From positions 1 to 15,530 of the forward strand of contig JBFRWI010000163.1 in assembly GCA_051439505.1 (NCBI GenBank): 15,530 nucleotides of DNA, in the 5' to 3' direction. Numbering within the stretch: position 1 is the stretch's first letter; each line of letters begins with the position of its first letter. The position numbers were made by a program, and so were the translations under genes. A model generated the notes under the pieces. It did no database searches. It was not told where the DNA came from and saw nothing but the letters and a program-made list of their open reading frames with translations. Below are positions 1 through 7,246 of this stretch, in pieces. Source of the DNA: Hormoscilla sp. (GTDB lineage: Bacteria > Cyanobacteriota > Cyanobacteriia > Cyanobacteriales > Desertifilaceae).

Positions 1-1
1 A

Positions 2-80
2 GGATCCCCCCCAAACCCCCCCTTCCCAAAAGGGGGGGCGAAGGCAAGCCCCCCTTTTTAAGGGGGGTTTGGGGGGATCC
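2..80. repeat. Branched G/C-tract palindrome (cyanobacterial dispersed repeat), copy 1
   Basis: Outer arms GGATCCCCCCCAAACCCCCCCTT (2-24) and AAGGGGGGTTTGGGGGGATCC (60-80) are near-perfect complements. Inner hairpins are C7..G7 (16-38) and C6-TTTTTAA-G6 (49-67). Confidence 0.85.
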
Positions 81-100
81 GGCGACTGGGGGGTACCATG

Positions 101-353
101 AACGATCAACGGGTTTTGACCACACCCTGGGGAGTGGGGAGAAAGTCTCGGAGTGGTGGGGGTGGGGGAGATTTGGGGGGTGAAACCCCCCAGTTAATTA
201 GCCCACAGTATCTTAAAAAGGGGGGCGCACCGGTTGCCCCCCCCAACTGCCACGGGGGGGTTTGGGGGGGATCCCGCAGCAACTACTTTTGACCGCACCC
301 GGATCCGACAGATGGTCCGGCCCAGAAACGATCGACGGGTTTTGACCACACCC
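101..353 (+). repeat. Dispersed direct repeat ending in TTTTGACCACACCC (101-127, 327-353, partial 287-300)
   Basis: AACGATC(A/G)ACGGGTTTTGACCACACCC occurs twice with 26/27 identity. TTTTGACCGCACCC lies at 287-300. Confidence 0.85.
212..274. repeat. G/C-tract palindromic repeat, partial copy 2, inverted relative to copy 1
   Basis: CTTAAAAAGGGGGG-loop-C8-loop-G7TTTG7ATCC matches the reverse complement of about 2-62, with different loop sequences. Confidence 0.75.
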
Positions 354-369
354 CACAAAGGATGAGAAC

Positions 370-378
370 TGCTATAGT
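370..378 (+). promoter_or_regulatory. Possible extended -10 element upstream of the photoreceptor gene
   Basis: TG-C-TATAGT is one mismatch from TGnTATAAT and lies about 30 nt before the ATG at 410. An AGGA RBS-like site is at 401-404. Motif match only. Confidence 0.25.
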
Positions 379-409
379 CGATATTTAATAGAAATCAAAA
401 AGGAAAAAG

Positions 410-3400
410 ATGACTCAAGGTAGACAAACCCAAAGAAATAAGAGAAGTGAATATCAGCCATCAGCGGAAGAAACAGTGGCGATCGTGCCAGTGCCGCAGC
501 AGTTGCCGCCACAACCGGAGTCAATACCAAAGCGAATGCAGGCAAAAACCAGTGCCTTAAGGGAGGAGTTGGTCCAGTTGCGATCGAACATTAATCAAGA
601 GATGGACCAACTGCAAGCGCTACTGGAAAAAGAAGGGGCGGCGGCGGAATGGGCGGAACTTTTGAATATAATTATTGCTAACATGCGCGAATCCCTATTA
701 CCAGGGGATATTTTCCAGACTGTGGTGGGTGATGCCAGGGAGGCCCTCACGGCTGACAGAGTAATAGTATATCAGTTTGATGAAAAATGGCAGGGAACTG
801 TGGTGGCTGAATCGGTGGCTAGCGGTTGGCCTGAGAGTTTGGGGGCGGATATCGCCGACCCCTGTTTCGCCGATCGCTATGTGAGACCTTATCAGAAAGG
901 TAGGGTAAAGGCGATCGAAAATATCTATGAAGCGGGGTTGACGGACTGTCATATCGGTCAACTGGAACCTTTTGCCGTCCAAGCTAATTTAGTAGCGCCA
1001 ATTTTGGCGAACGAAAAGTTATATGGTTTGCTAGTTGCCCATCAATGTGCTGGTCCCCGCAACTGGACGGAGTCGGAAATTGAGTTTTTCCGCCAACTTG
1101 CCATACAAGTGGGTTATGCTTTAGACCAAGCTTTGGTGCTGGAACAACAACGTCAGGCTACTCAGCAAGCCCTGCGGTTGAATCAAATTAATTCTCGCCT
1201 GCGCCAATCTCTGAAACTAGAAGATATTTTTGCCGCTGCGGTGGAAGAAACTCGCGATGCCCTACAAGCGGACCGGGTAGTAGTTTATCAGTTTGATGCT
1301 AAATGGCAAGGGACGATCGTGGCGGAGTCCGTGGACCGCAGGTGGCCCGCTAGCTTGGGGGCAAAAATAGCTGACCCCTGTTTTGCCGATCGCTACGTAC
1401 AACCCTATCTGCGGGGACGGGTTCAGGCAACGGAAAATATCTATAATGCTAACTTGACGGAATGCCATCTTAAACAGCTGGAACCTTTTGCCGTGAAAGC
1501 CAATTTGGTGGCCCCGATCGTGACTAATGCCAAACTGCTGGGTCTGTTAATTGCCCATCAATGTGACGCACCACGCCTGTGGCAGGATTTGGAAATTGAC
1601 TCCATCCGGCAAGTGGCAATCCAAGTAGGCTATGCTTTGGATCAGGCGTTCCTGCTGCAACAGCAACAAACTGCCTTTAAGCAGGCCCGCCTGTTGAATG
1701 AAATTACTTCCCGGATGCGAGAGTATGGACAAACTATTGATATTTTTGAGGCGATCGTGGAGGATCTCAGGGAGGCTTTACAAGCTGACCGCGTGGTAGT
1801 ATATCAGTTTGATGAACAATGGCAAGGAACGGTGGTGGCAGAATCCGTAGGTCGGGGATGGACGGCGAGTTTGGGGGAGAAAATAGCTGACCCCTGTTTT
1901 GCCGATCGCTATGTTAAACCTTACCTGCGGGGACGGGTATCGGCGACAGAAAATATCTATGAAGCAGGGTTGACTGAATGTCACATCGGTCAGTTGGAAC
2001 CTTTTGAGGTAAAGGCAAATTTAGTTGCGCCCATTATCGCAGAGAAGAAGCTGTACGGTTTGTTAATTGCCCATCAATGTTCTGGACCTCGGCAATGGCA
2101 AGAGTCGGAAATTGATTTTATCAAGCAGTTAGGAACTCAAGTGGGTTTTGCCCTGGATCAGGTGAATTTGCTGCAAAAGCAACAAGCGGCCACTGCCCAA
2201 GCGCGGCGCTTAAATGAAATTAGCTCCAACCTGCGGGCATCTCTGAATCTGGAGGATATCACGAACAAGGCAGTCGAAGAAACTCAGTCAAGTCTGGGGG
2301 CCGATCGGGTGGTGGTTTATCAGTTCGATCGCAACTGGCAAGGGACTGTGGTGGCCGAAGCGGTAGATACTAAGTGGCCCGCTAGCTTGGGAGCAAAAAT
2401 TGATGACCCCTGTTTCGCCGATCGCTATGTGAAACCTTACCTGAGGGGACGAGTCCGGGCCATAGAAAATATCTATGAAGCTGACTTGACTCCATGCCAT
2501 ATTAAACAGTTGGAACCTTTTGCTGTGAAGGCTAATTTGGTCGCCCCGATCGTTGTTAGCCAGCAGCTGCACGGTTTGTTAATTGCCCATCAATGTTCTG
2601 GCCCCCGGAAGTGGCAGTCCGCAGAAATAGATTTTATTAGCCAAGTTGCTATCCAAGTGGGTTATGCTTTAGACCAAGCATTTTTGTTACAAAGGCAACG
2701 GCAAGCAACAGACCGATCGCGCCAACTGAACGAACTTAGTTTAAGGATGCGGGAATCTCAGGATCTGGAGCGAATTTTTCAGATAGTAGTGGAAGAGTCC
2801 CTCCCCCTGATGCAAACTGACCGCATCGTTATCTATCGCTTCGACTCCGACTGGAATGGTAAGATTGTCTGGGAAGCAGTGGGCCCGGGTTGGTCTAAAA
2901 TTGTGGAAACAGAAAGTAACCAAGCATTAAGAGACGACGAAGTACCTTGTTTTCCATTTGATTATGTGGAAAAATACCGCAAGGGCCGGGTGCGGGCGAT
3001 CGCGGATGTGAGTAAAGCGGGTTTGACGGAATGCCACGAGGAACAACTGGGAAAATGGCAAGTGCAGGCGAATGTAGTAGCGCCCATTTTAGTTAACCAA
3101 CAGCTGTATGGTTTGCTGGGGGCCCATCAATGTTCCGGTCCTCGCCAGTGGGAAGAGTCGGAAATTGATATATTTAAGCAGGTGGCCCTGCAATTGGGCT
3201 ATGCGATCGACCAAACCCTGCTGCTGTCACAGGTGGAACAGGCCCGCCAAGCAGCGGAAAATGCTTATACCGAACAACGGCAACGACGAGAACTACTGCA
3301 GAATCAAATCGAAGCTTTTCTGGAACAAATTGAAGGTTCTTTCAGCGGGGACTTGACAGTCCGGGCCCGGGTGACGGAAGGGGAAATGGGTACTGTGGCT

Positions 3401-4291
3401 GACTTTTTTAATGCCACGATCGAAAACCTGCAACAGTTAGTCCAACAGGTGCAATCATCAGCTACAGTGGCGGCGACTACGGCCCAGGAAAGTGAAGCGG
3501 ATGTGAAGGAACTGTCTCAAGAAGCCTTGCGCCAAGCTGAGGCGATCGCGGGGGCCTTATCTGGGATCCAAACAATGGCCAATTCTATTAACGGGGTAGC
3601 TGCTAATGCCCAGAATGCGGAAGCACAAGTACAGGAAACTAATGCCACCATCCAGTCCGGGGCGACGGCCATGAATCGCACGGTAGAAAGTATTGTCACT
3701 ATTCAGCAAACCATGCAAGGGGCGGCGGGCAAGGTGAAGCAATTGGGGGAAGCTTCTAAAAAGATTTCCCGGGTGGTAAATTTAATTAGTGAGGTAGCTT
3801 CTCAGACGAATATTCTCGCTTTGAATGCTTCCGTAGAAGCTACTCGGGCCGGAGAAGATGACCAAGGGTTTGCTAATGTTGCTAGTGAAGTGCGGACCTT
3901 GGCAGAACAGTCTGCCACTGCGACTCAGGAAATTGAACAAATTGTGGAGGAAATACAAGGAGAAACTAGCGAGGTGGTCAAGGCAATGGAACTGGGCATG
4001 AAACGGGTGACTGCGGGCACGAAGTTAGTAGAACAAACCCGCAAAACAATCCTCGAATTGGCTTCAGTCAGTAATAAAATTCGCGCCTTAATATCTCAAA
4101 TCGCTCACTCGGCTACCGAACAAGCCCAAACTTCTACTGAGTTGTCTGATACTATGCAGGAAGTAGCCGCGATCGCCAATCAAACTTCCGAACAATCTGT
4201 CACCGTAGCCAATTCCTTTGCGCAACTACTCCTCCTGGCCGGTGAATTGCAAGCCAGCGTGGCTCAGTTTAAGGTGAAAACGGAGAATTGA
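410..4291 (+). CDS. pixJ: PixJ-like methyl-accepting photoreceptor: 5 cyanobacteriochrome GAF domains + HAMP-like linker + MCP signalling domain, no transmembrane helix
   Basis: 1293 aa. It has five repeats with DRV(V/I)VYQFD, DPCF (VPCF in the fifth), the bilin-binding CH motif and ANLVAPI...LIAHQC..PR.W. A GDLTVRARVTEGEMGTVADFFN HAMP-like segment precedes the MCP hairpin QTNILALNASVEATRAGE..GF..VASEVRTLAEQS. It lies directly upstream of a cheA-like gene. The symbol is a family-level assignment, not proven orthology. Confidence 0.92.
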   Translation: MTQGRQTQRNKRSEYQPSAEETVAIVPVPQQLPPQPESIPKRMQAKTSALREELVQLRSNINQEMDQLQALLEKEGAAAEWAELLNIIIANMRESLLPGDIFQTVVGDAREALTADRVIVYQFDEKWQGTVVAESVASGWPESLGADIADPCFADRYVRPYQKGRVKAIENIYEAGLTDCHIGQLEPFAVQANLVAPILANEKLYGLLVAHQCAGPRNWTESEIEFFRQLAIQVGYALDQALVLEQQRQATQQALRLNQINSRLRQSLKLEDIFAAAVEETRDALQADRVVVYQFDAKWQGTIVAESVDRRWPASLGAKIADPCFADRYVQPYLRGRVQATENIYNANLTECHLKQLEPFAVKANLVAPIVTNAKLLGLLIAHQCDAPRLWQDLEIDSIRQVAIQVGYALDQAFLLQQQQTAFKQARLLNEITSRMREYGQTIDIFEAIVEDLREALQADRVVVYQFDEQWQGTVVAESVGRGWTASLGEKIADPCFADRYVKPYLRGRVSATENIYEAGLTECHIGQLEPFEVKANLVAPIIAEKKLYGLLIAHQCSGPRQWQESEIDFIKQLGTQVGFALDQVNLLQKQQAATAQARRLNEISSNLRASLNLEDITNKAVEETQSSLGADRVVVYQFDRNWQGTVVAEAVDTKWPASLGAKIDDPCFADRYVKPYLRGRVRAIENIYEADLTPCHIKQLEPFAVKANLVAPIVVSQQLHGLLIAHQCSGPRKWQSAEIDFISQVAIQVGYALDQAFLLQRQRQATDRSRQLNELSLRMRESQDLERIFQIVVEESLPLMQTDRIVIYRFDSDWNGKIVWEAVGPGWSKIVETESNQALRDDEVPCFPFDYVEKYRKGRVRAIADVSKAGLTECHEEQLGKWQVQANVVAPILVNQQLYGLLGAHQCSGPRQWEESEIDIFKQVALQLGYAIDQTLLLSQVEQARQAAENAYTEQRQRRELLQNQIEAFLEQIEGSFSGDLTVRARVTEGEMGTVADFFNATIENLQQLVQQVQSSATVAATTAQESEADVKELSQEALRQAEAIAGALSGIQTMANSINGVAANAQNAEAQVQETNATIQSGATAMNRTVESIVTIQQTMQGAAGKVKQLGEASKKISRVVNLISEVASQTNILALNASVEATRAGEDDQGFANVASEVRTLAEQSATATQEIEQIVEEIQGETSEVVKAMELGMKRVTAGTKLVEQTRKTILELASVSNKIRALISQIAHSATEQAQTSTELSDTMQEVAAIANQTSEQSVTVANSFAQLLLLAGELQASVAQFKVKTEN
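707..3215 (+). repeat. Intragenic tandem repeat of GAF modules with 516-nt (172-aa) period
   Basis: The Asp codon of DPCF is at 857, 1373, 1889 and 2405 (exactly 516 apart). The equivalent codon of unit 5 is at 2942 (516+21). Confidence 0.9.
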
Positions 4292-4331
4292 GAATAGAGA
4301 ATTGAGAATTGAGAATGGAGAATGGAGAATT
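4283..4331 (+). repeat. Heptamer tandem repeat (STRR-like) GAGAAT(T/A/G) x7
   Basis: GAGAATT GAGAATA GAGAATT GAGAATT GAGAATG GAGAATG GAGAATT. It overlaps the last codons and TGA stop of the receptor gene. Confidence 0.9.
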
Positions 4332-4417
4332 ACGCGAGTTTCCATTTTTCATTCACCGCTATTCGCAATTGTTAAACGGCAAAACAAAAAGAATGATGGC
4401 ACCGAAGGAGTAGAGAG

Positions 4418-7111
4418 ATGGAACAACCGATAGATACAAATGATGAAGCTTATGGATTCTTTGTCCAAGAAGCATTAGAATTATTACAGCCGCTGGAGTC
4501 AGGACTGCTGACACTCAGCAAAGAACACGATATCAAAAAAATTCAAGGGCTGATGCGGGGGGCCCATTCCATCAAGGGCGGTGCGGCCTGTGTGGGTTTG
4601 ATGGCTATTGGTGAAATTGCCCATAATTTGGAAAATGCCATTCGGGCTTTGTATAGTGAAGAAACGGTGTTTGACTTGCAGTTGGAAGACTTGCTATTGC
4701 AAGCCTTCGACTGTCTGCGAGAACCGATCCTAGCCCAAATAGAAACGGGAAAGTATGATGCATCAGGGGCGATCGCCCGATCGCGGCCAGTATTTGAGCA
4801 GTTGGAGGCGAAACTGGGCCATCCTCTAGAAGAAGCGGCGGAACTGCCAGAAATGCCCGTAGTGGAGTCCGATATTACTGAGTTTATCTTTACCGAAGAG
4901 GTGCCCCAAGGTCTCAAACGCTGGGAAAATTTGTTGAAAGATCCAACAAAAAATATCGAAGACTTGAAGGCCCAAGCAGAGGTGTTCTCTACCCTGGGAG
5001 ATATGTTGAACTTGCCCGGGTTTGTGGCGATCGCCCAAACTACCTTAAAGGCATTAGACCTTAACCCCCCTGCTGTAGCAGAGATAGCCAAGTTGGCCCT
5101 AGCAGACTTTCGCGCGGCCCAACAGGCAGTTACCAAGGGCGATCGGCCGATAGAGATAAACCCGAGTCCCGAGTTACTACAGCTTACCCAACCGATGTTA
5201 TCAGAAAAGCGATCGCCACCACCAACGGCTACCCAGTCAGCAACCGCGAAACCCGATCGGGCCTCGTCTATAACCATGTCAAGCTTACCTCAACCCCCGG
5301 ATCGTGCGCGCAGCGCAATCGCTCAATCTCTGGGGGTGAGAGTAGATATCAGTCGTCTAGATATGATTGGTAACTTAGTTGGGGAGTTAGTTACTCAAGA
5401 TAACAGGTTTGTCTTACAAAATCAAGAAAATCAAGCCACATTAGAGTCCTTAAATATCTGGTTTAACCGCTGTAATAAATTGCTGCAAGATGCATCTTTT
5501 ACAGGGGATAATCATGAGATTGTGAGTTCTCTGGGGGAAGAAATGGCGCAAATGAGAGAGATAATTCAGGATGGGAGATTGCTGAATCAGCAGAGTAAAC
5601 ATATTATCAAAAAACGGGAACAGACCATAAAAAAAATTCAAAATCATCTCTTATCAGCAAGGATGATGCCAGTGGAGTCATTGCTGAACCGTTTCCCCCG
5701 CATGTTACGAGATTTGTCTGCACGGAAAAGCAAAGCAGTAAAGCTAGAATTGGGTGGGACGAAAACTTTAGTAGACAAAGCTATTTTAGAGAAATTGTAT
5801 GACCCCTTAGTCCATTTACTCCGGAATGCTTTCGATCACGGGATCGAGTCTCTCAAAATTAGAGAAACTAAAGGTAAGCCTCAGTCAGGTACAATTAAAA
5901 TTAAGGCATATAATCGAGGTAATTATACCTACATAGAAGTGCAGGATGATGGTCAAGGGATCGACTTAGAAAAGATTCGCAGCAAGGCAGTAGCCAAGCA
6001 GTTAATAAATAGAGATGAAGCAAGGAACCTGTCAGAAAGGGAGTTGTATGAATTGATGTTTACCCCGGGTTTCTCTACCGCCGCCCAAGTGAGTGAATTA
6101 TCCGGACGTGGGGTAGGTTTAGATGCAGTCCGGATGCAAGTAGAGGGTTTGAAAGGTAAGGTGTCAGTGATGTCAGAGTTAGGGAAAGGGACAAAATTTA
6201 CCCTCCGCTTGCCTTGGACCTTGACAATTACTAAACTATTAGTGTTTGCGATGAAAAGCCATTTGCTGGCAATACCGGCAGATACGGTGACAGAAATAGT
6301 CGCAGTGGCGCCATCGGAAATAGCCTCAGACAAGTCCGGACAGCAGATTTATACCTGGCAAGGACGACCGGTACCCATAGTAGAGTCCCTGTTCTTGACT
6401 TACCGCTATCCAGCAATGGTAGGAACCGGACTGGGACTGGGAAAATGGGAACAAAAGCAGAGTTGGACAAATATTGGTAAGGTGCTATTATTGATATTGT
6501 CTCAGGGTCCAGATGCGATCGCCCTCCGTCTGGACCGGATGCTACTAGAGGACACCTTGGCGATCAAACCTTTTGGCAAGGCCCTGAAAGCCCCGAATTA
6601 TCTATATGGTTGCACTATTTTGGGAGATGGTAGCCTGGTACCGGTGGTAGATGGCGTAGCCCTGGTGGAACGGGGACAAGAAACCCGACTTTTTTCCAAA
6701 GGAAAACAGCATACCGGGACAGTCGCGTCCAATGAGACTATACTGGTAATAGATGATTCGGTGACCACCAGACAGGCGATCGCGGCCACATTGCAAAAAG
6801 CAGGATATAATGTGATAACAGCGGCAGAGGGTGCAGAAGGATTGGCAAAAGTTACACAAAATTCAGCAGTCCGGGTGGTAATATGTGATATAGAAATGCC
6901 GCAGATGGACGGTTTCCAATTCCTGAGTCGCTGTCGCAAGCAGTATAAAATGGACCAGCTACCAGTCCTGATGCTGACATCCCGCAGCAGCGAGAAATAC
7001 CGTCAGTTAGCGAAGCAACTTAAAGCAAATGGCTATTTAACTAAGCCATATTTAGACAGGGTGCTGGTGTCAACGGTCCAGAAATGCCTGCAACAGGTTC
7101 CGAAACCATAA
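4418..7111 (+). CDS. cheA: CheA/PixL-like hybrid histidine kinase (Hpt, degenerate Hpt-like bundle, dimerisation, HATPase, CheW, receiver)
   Basis: 897 aa. Hpt motif MRGAHSIKGGAA; VRVDISRLDMIGNLVGEL; N-box DPLVHLLRNAFDHGIE; G1 DDGQGID; F/G2 FTPGFSTA..SGRGVGLDAV; CheW-like GCTILGDGSLVPVVD; receiver ILVIDDS..ICDIEMPQMDG..LTSRS..LTKP. RBS AAGGAG at 4405-4410. Confidence 0.95.
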   Translation: MEQPIDTNDEAYGFFVQEALELLQPLESGLLTLSKEHDIKKIQGLMRGAHSIKGGAACVGLMAIGEIAHNLENAIRALYSEETVFDLQLEDLLLQAFDCLREPILAQIETGKYDASGAIARSRPVFEQLEAKLGHPLEEAAELPEMPVVESDITEFIFTEEVPQGLKRWENLLKDPTKNIEDLKAQAEVFSTLGDMLNLPGFVAIAQTTLKALDLNPPAVAEIAKLALADFRAAQQAVTKGDRPIEINPSPELLQLTQPMLSEKRSPPPTATQSATAKPDRASSITMSSLPQPPDRARSAIAQSLGVRVDISRLDMIGNLVGELVTQDNRFVLQNQENQATLESLNIWFNRCNKLLQDASFTGDNHEIVSSLGEEMAQMREIIQDGRLLNQQSKHIIKKREQTIKKIQNHLLSARMMPVESLLNRFPRMLRDLSARKSKAVKLELGGTKTLVDKAILEKLYDPLVHLLRNAFDHGIESLKIRETKGKPQSGTIKIKAYNRGNYTYIEVQDDGQGIDLEKIRSKAVAKQLINRDEARNLSERELYELMFTPGFSTAAQVSELSGRGVGLDAVRMQVEGLKGKVSVMSELGKGTKFTLRLPWTLTITKLLVFAMKSHLLAIPADTVTEIVAVAPSEIASDKSGQQIYTWQGRPVPIVESLFLTYRYPAMVGTGLGLGKWEQKQSWTNIGKVLLLILSQGPDAIALRLDRMLLEDTLAIKPFGKALKAPNYLYGCTILGDGSLVPVVDGVALVERGQETRLFSKGKQHTGTVASNETILVIDDSVTTRQAIAATLQKAGYNVITAAEGAEGLAKVTQNSAVRVVICDIEMPQMDGFQFLSRCRKQYKMDQLPVLMLTSRSSEKYRQLAKQLKANGYLTKPYLDRVLVSTVQKCLQQVPKP

Positions 7112-7112
7112 C

Positions 7113-7192
7113 ATTGGTAGGGTGGGCAGCACCGCCCACCATTGGTAGGTTGGGAAGTATTGGTAGGGTGGACACCGCCCACCATTGGTAGG
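7113..7192 (+). repeat. Cluster of GTAG-type REP-like palindromes
   Basis: ATTGGTAGG occurs at 7113, 7141, 7159 and 7184. GTAG-GGTGGGC-agcacc-GCCCACC is at 7117-7140 and an imperfect copy is at 7163-7183. Confidence 0.8.
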
Positions 7193-7246
7193 TATGAACA
7201 ACACCGGACGTGACCACACCCAGATTATAAAGATGAGGATAAAGAA

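Noticed and set aside
98..292. 64-aa + strand ORF
   Set aside because: It is composed of G/C-tract repeat DNA giving Gly/Pro-rich low complexity, with no recognisable domain.
698..2923. Periodic, mutually similar minus-strand ORFs (698-982, 1262-1468, 1778-1984, 2288-2572 etc.)
   Set aside because: They are antisense shadows of the 516-nt GAF repeats; their similarity is explained by the + strand gene.
4543..6939. Minus-strand ORFs up to 244 aa inside cheA
   Set aside because: They are fully antisense to a well-conserved kinase and show no domain signatures.
7113..7192. Possible mini-CRISPR array (also considered for 75-353 and 11671-11745)
   Set aside because: Repeats are too short or directly abutting, spacing is irregular, there are no unique 30-40 nt spacers and no cas genes. 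A REP or MITE interpretation fits better.
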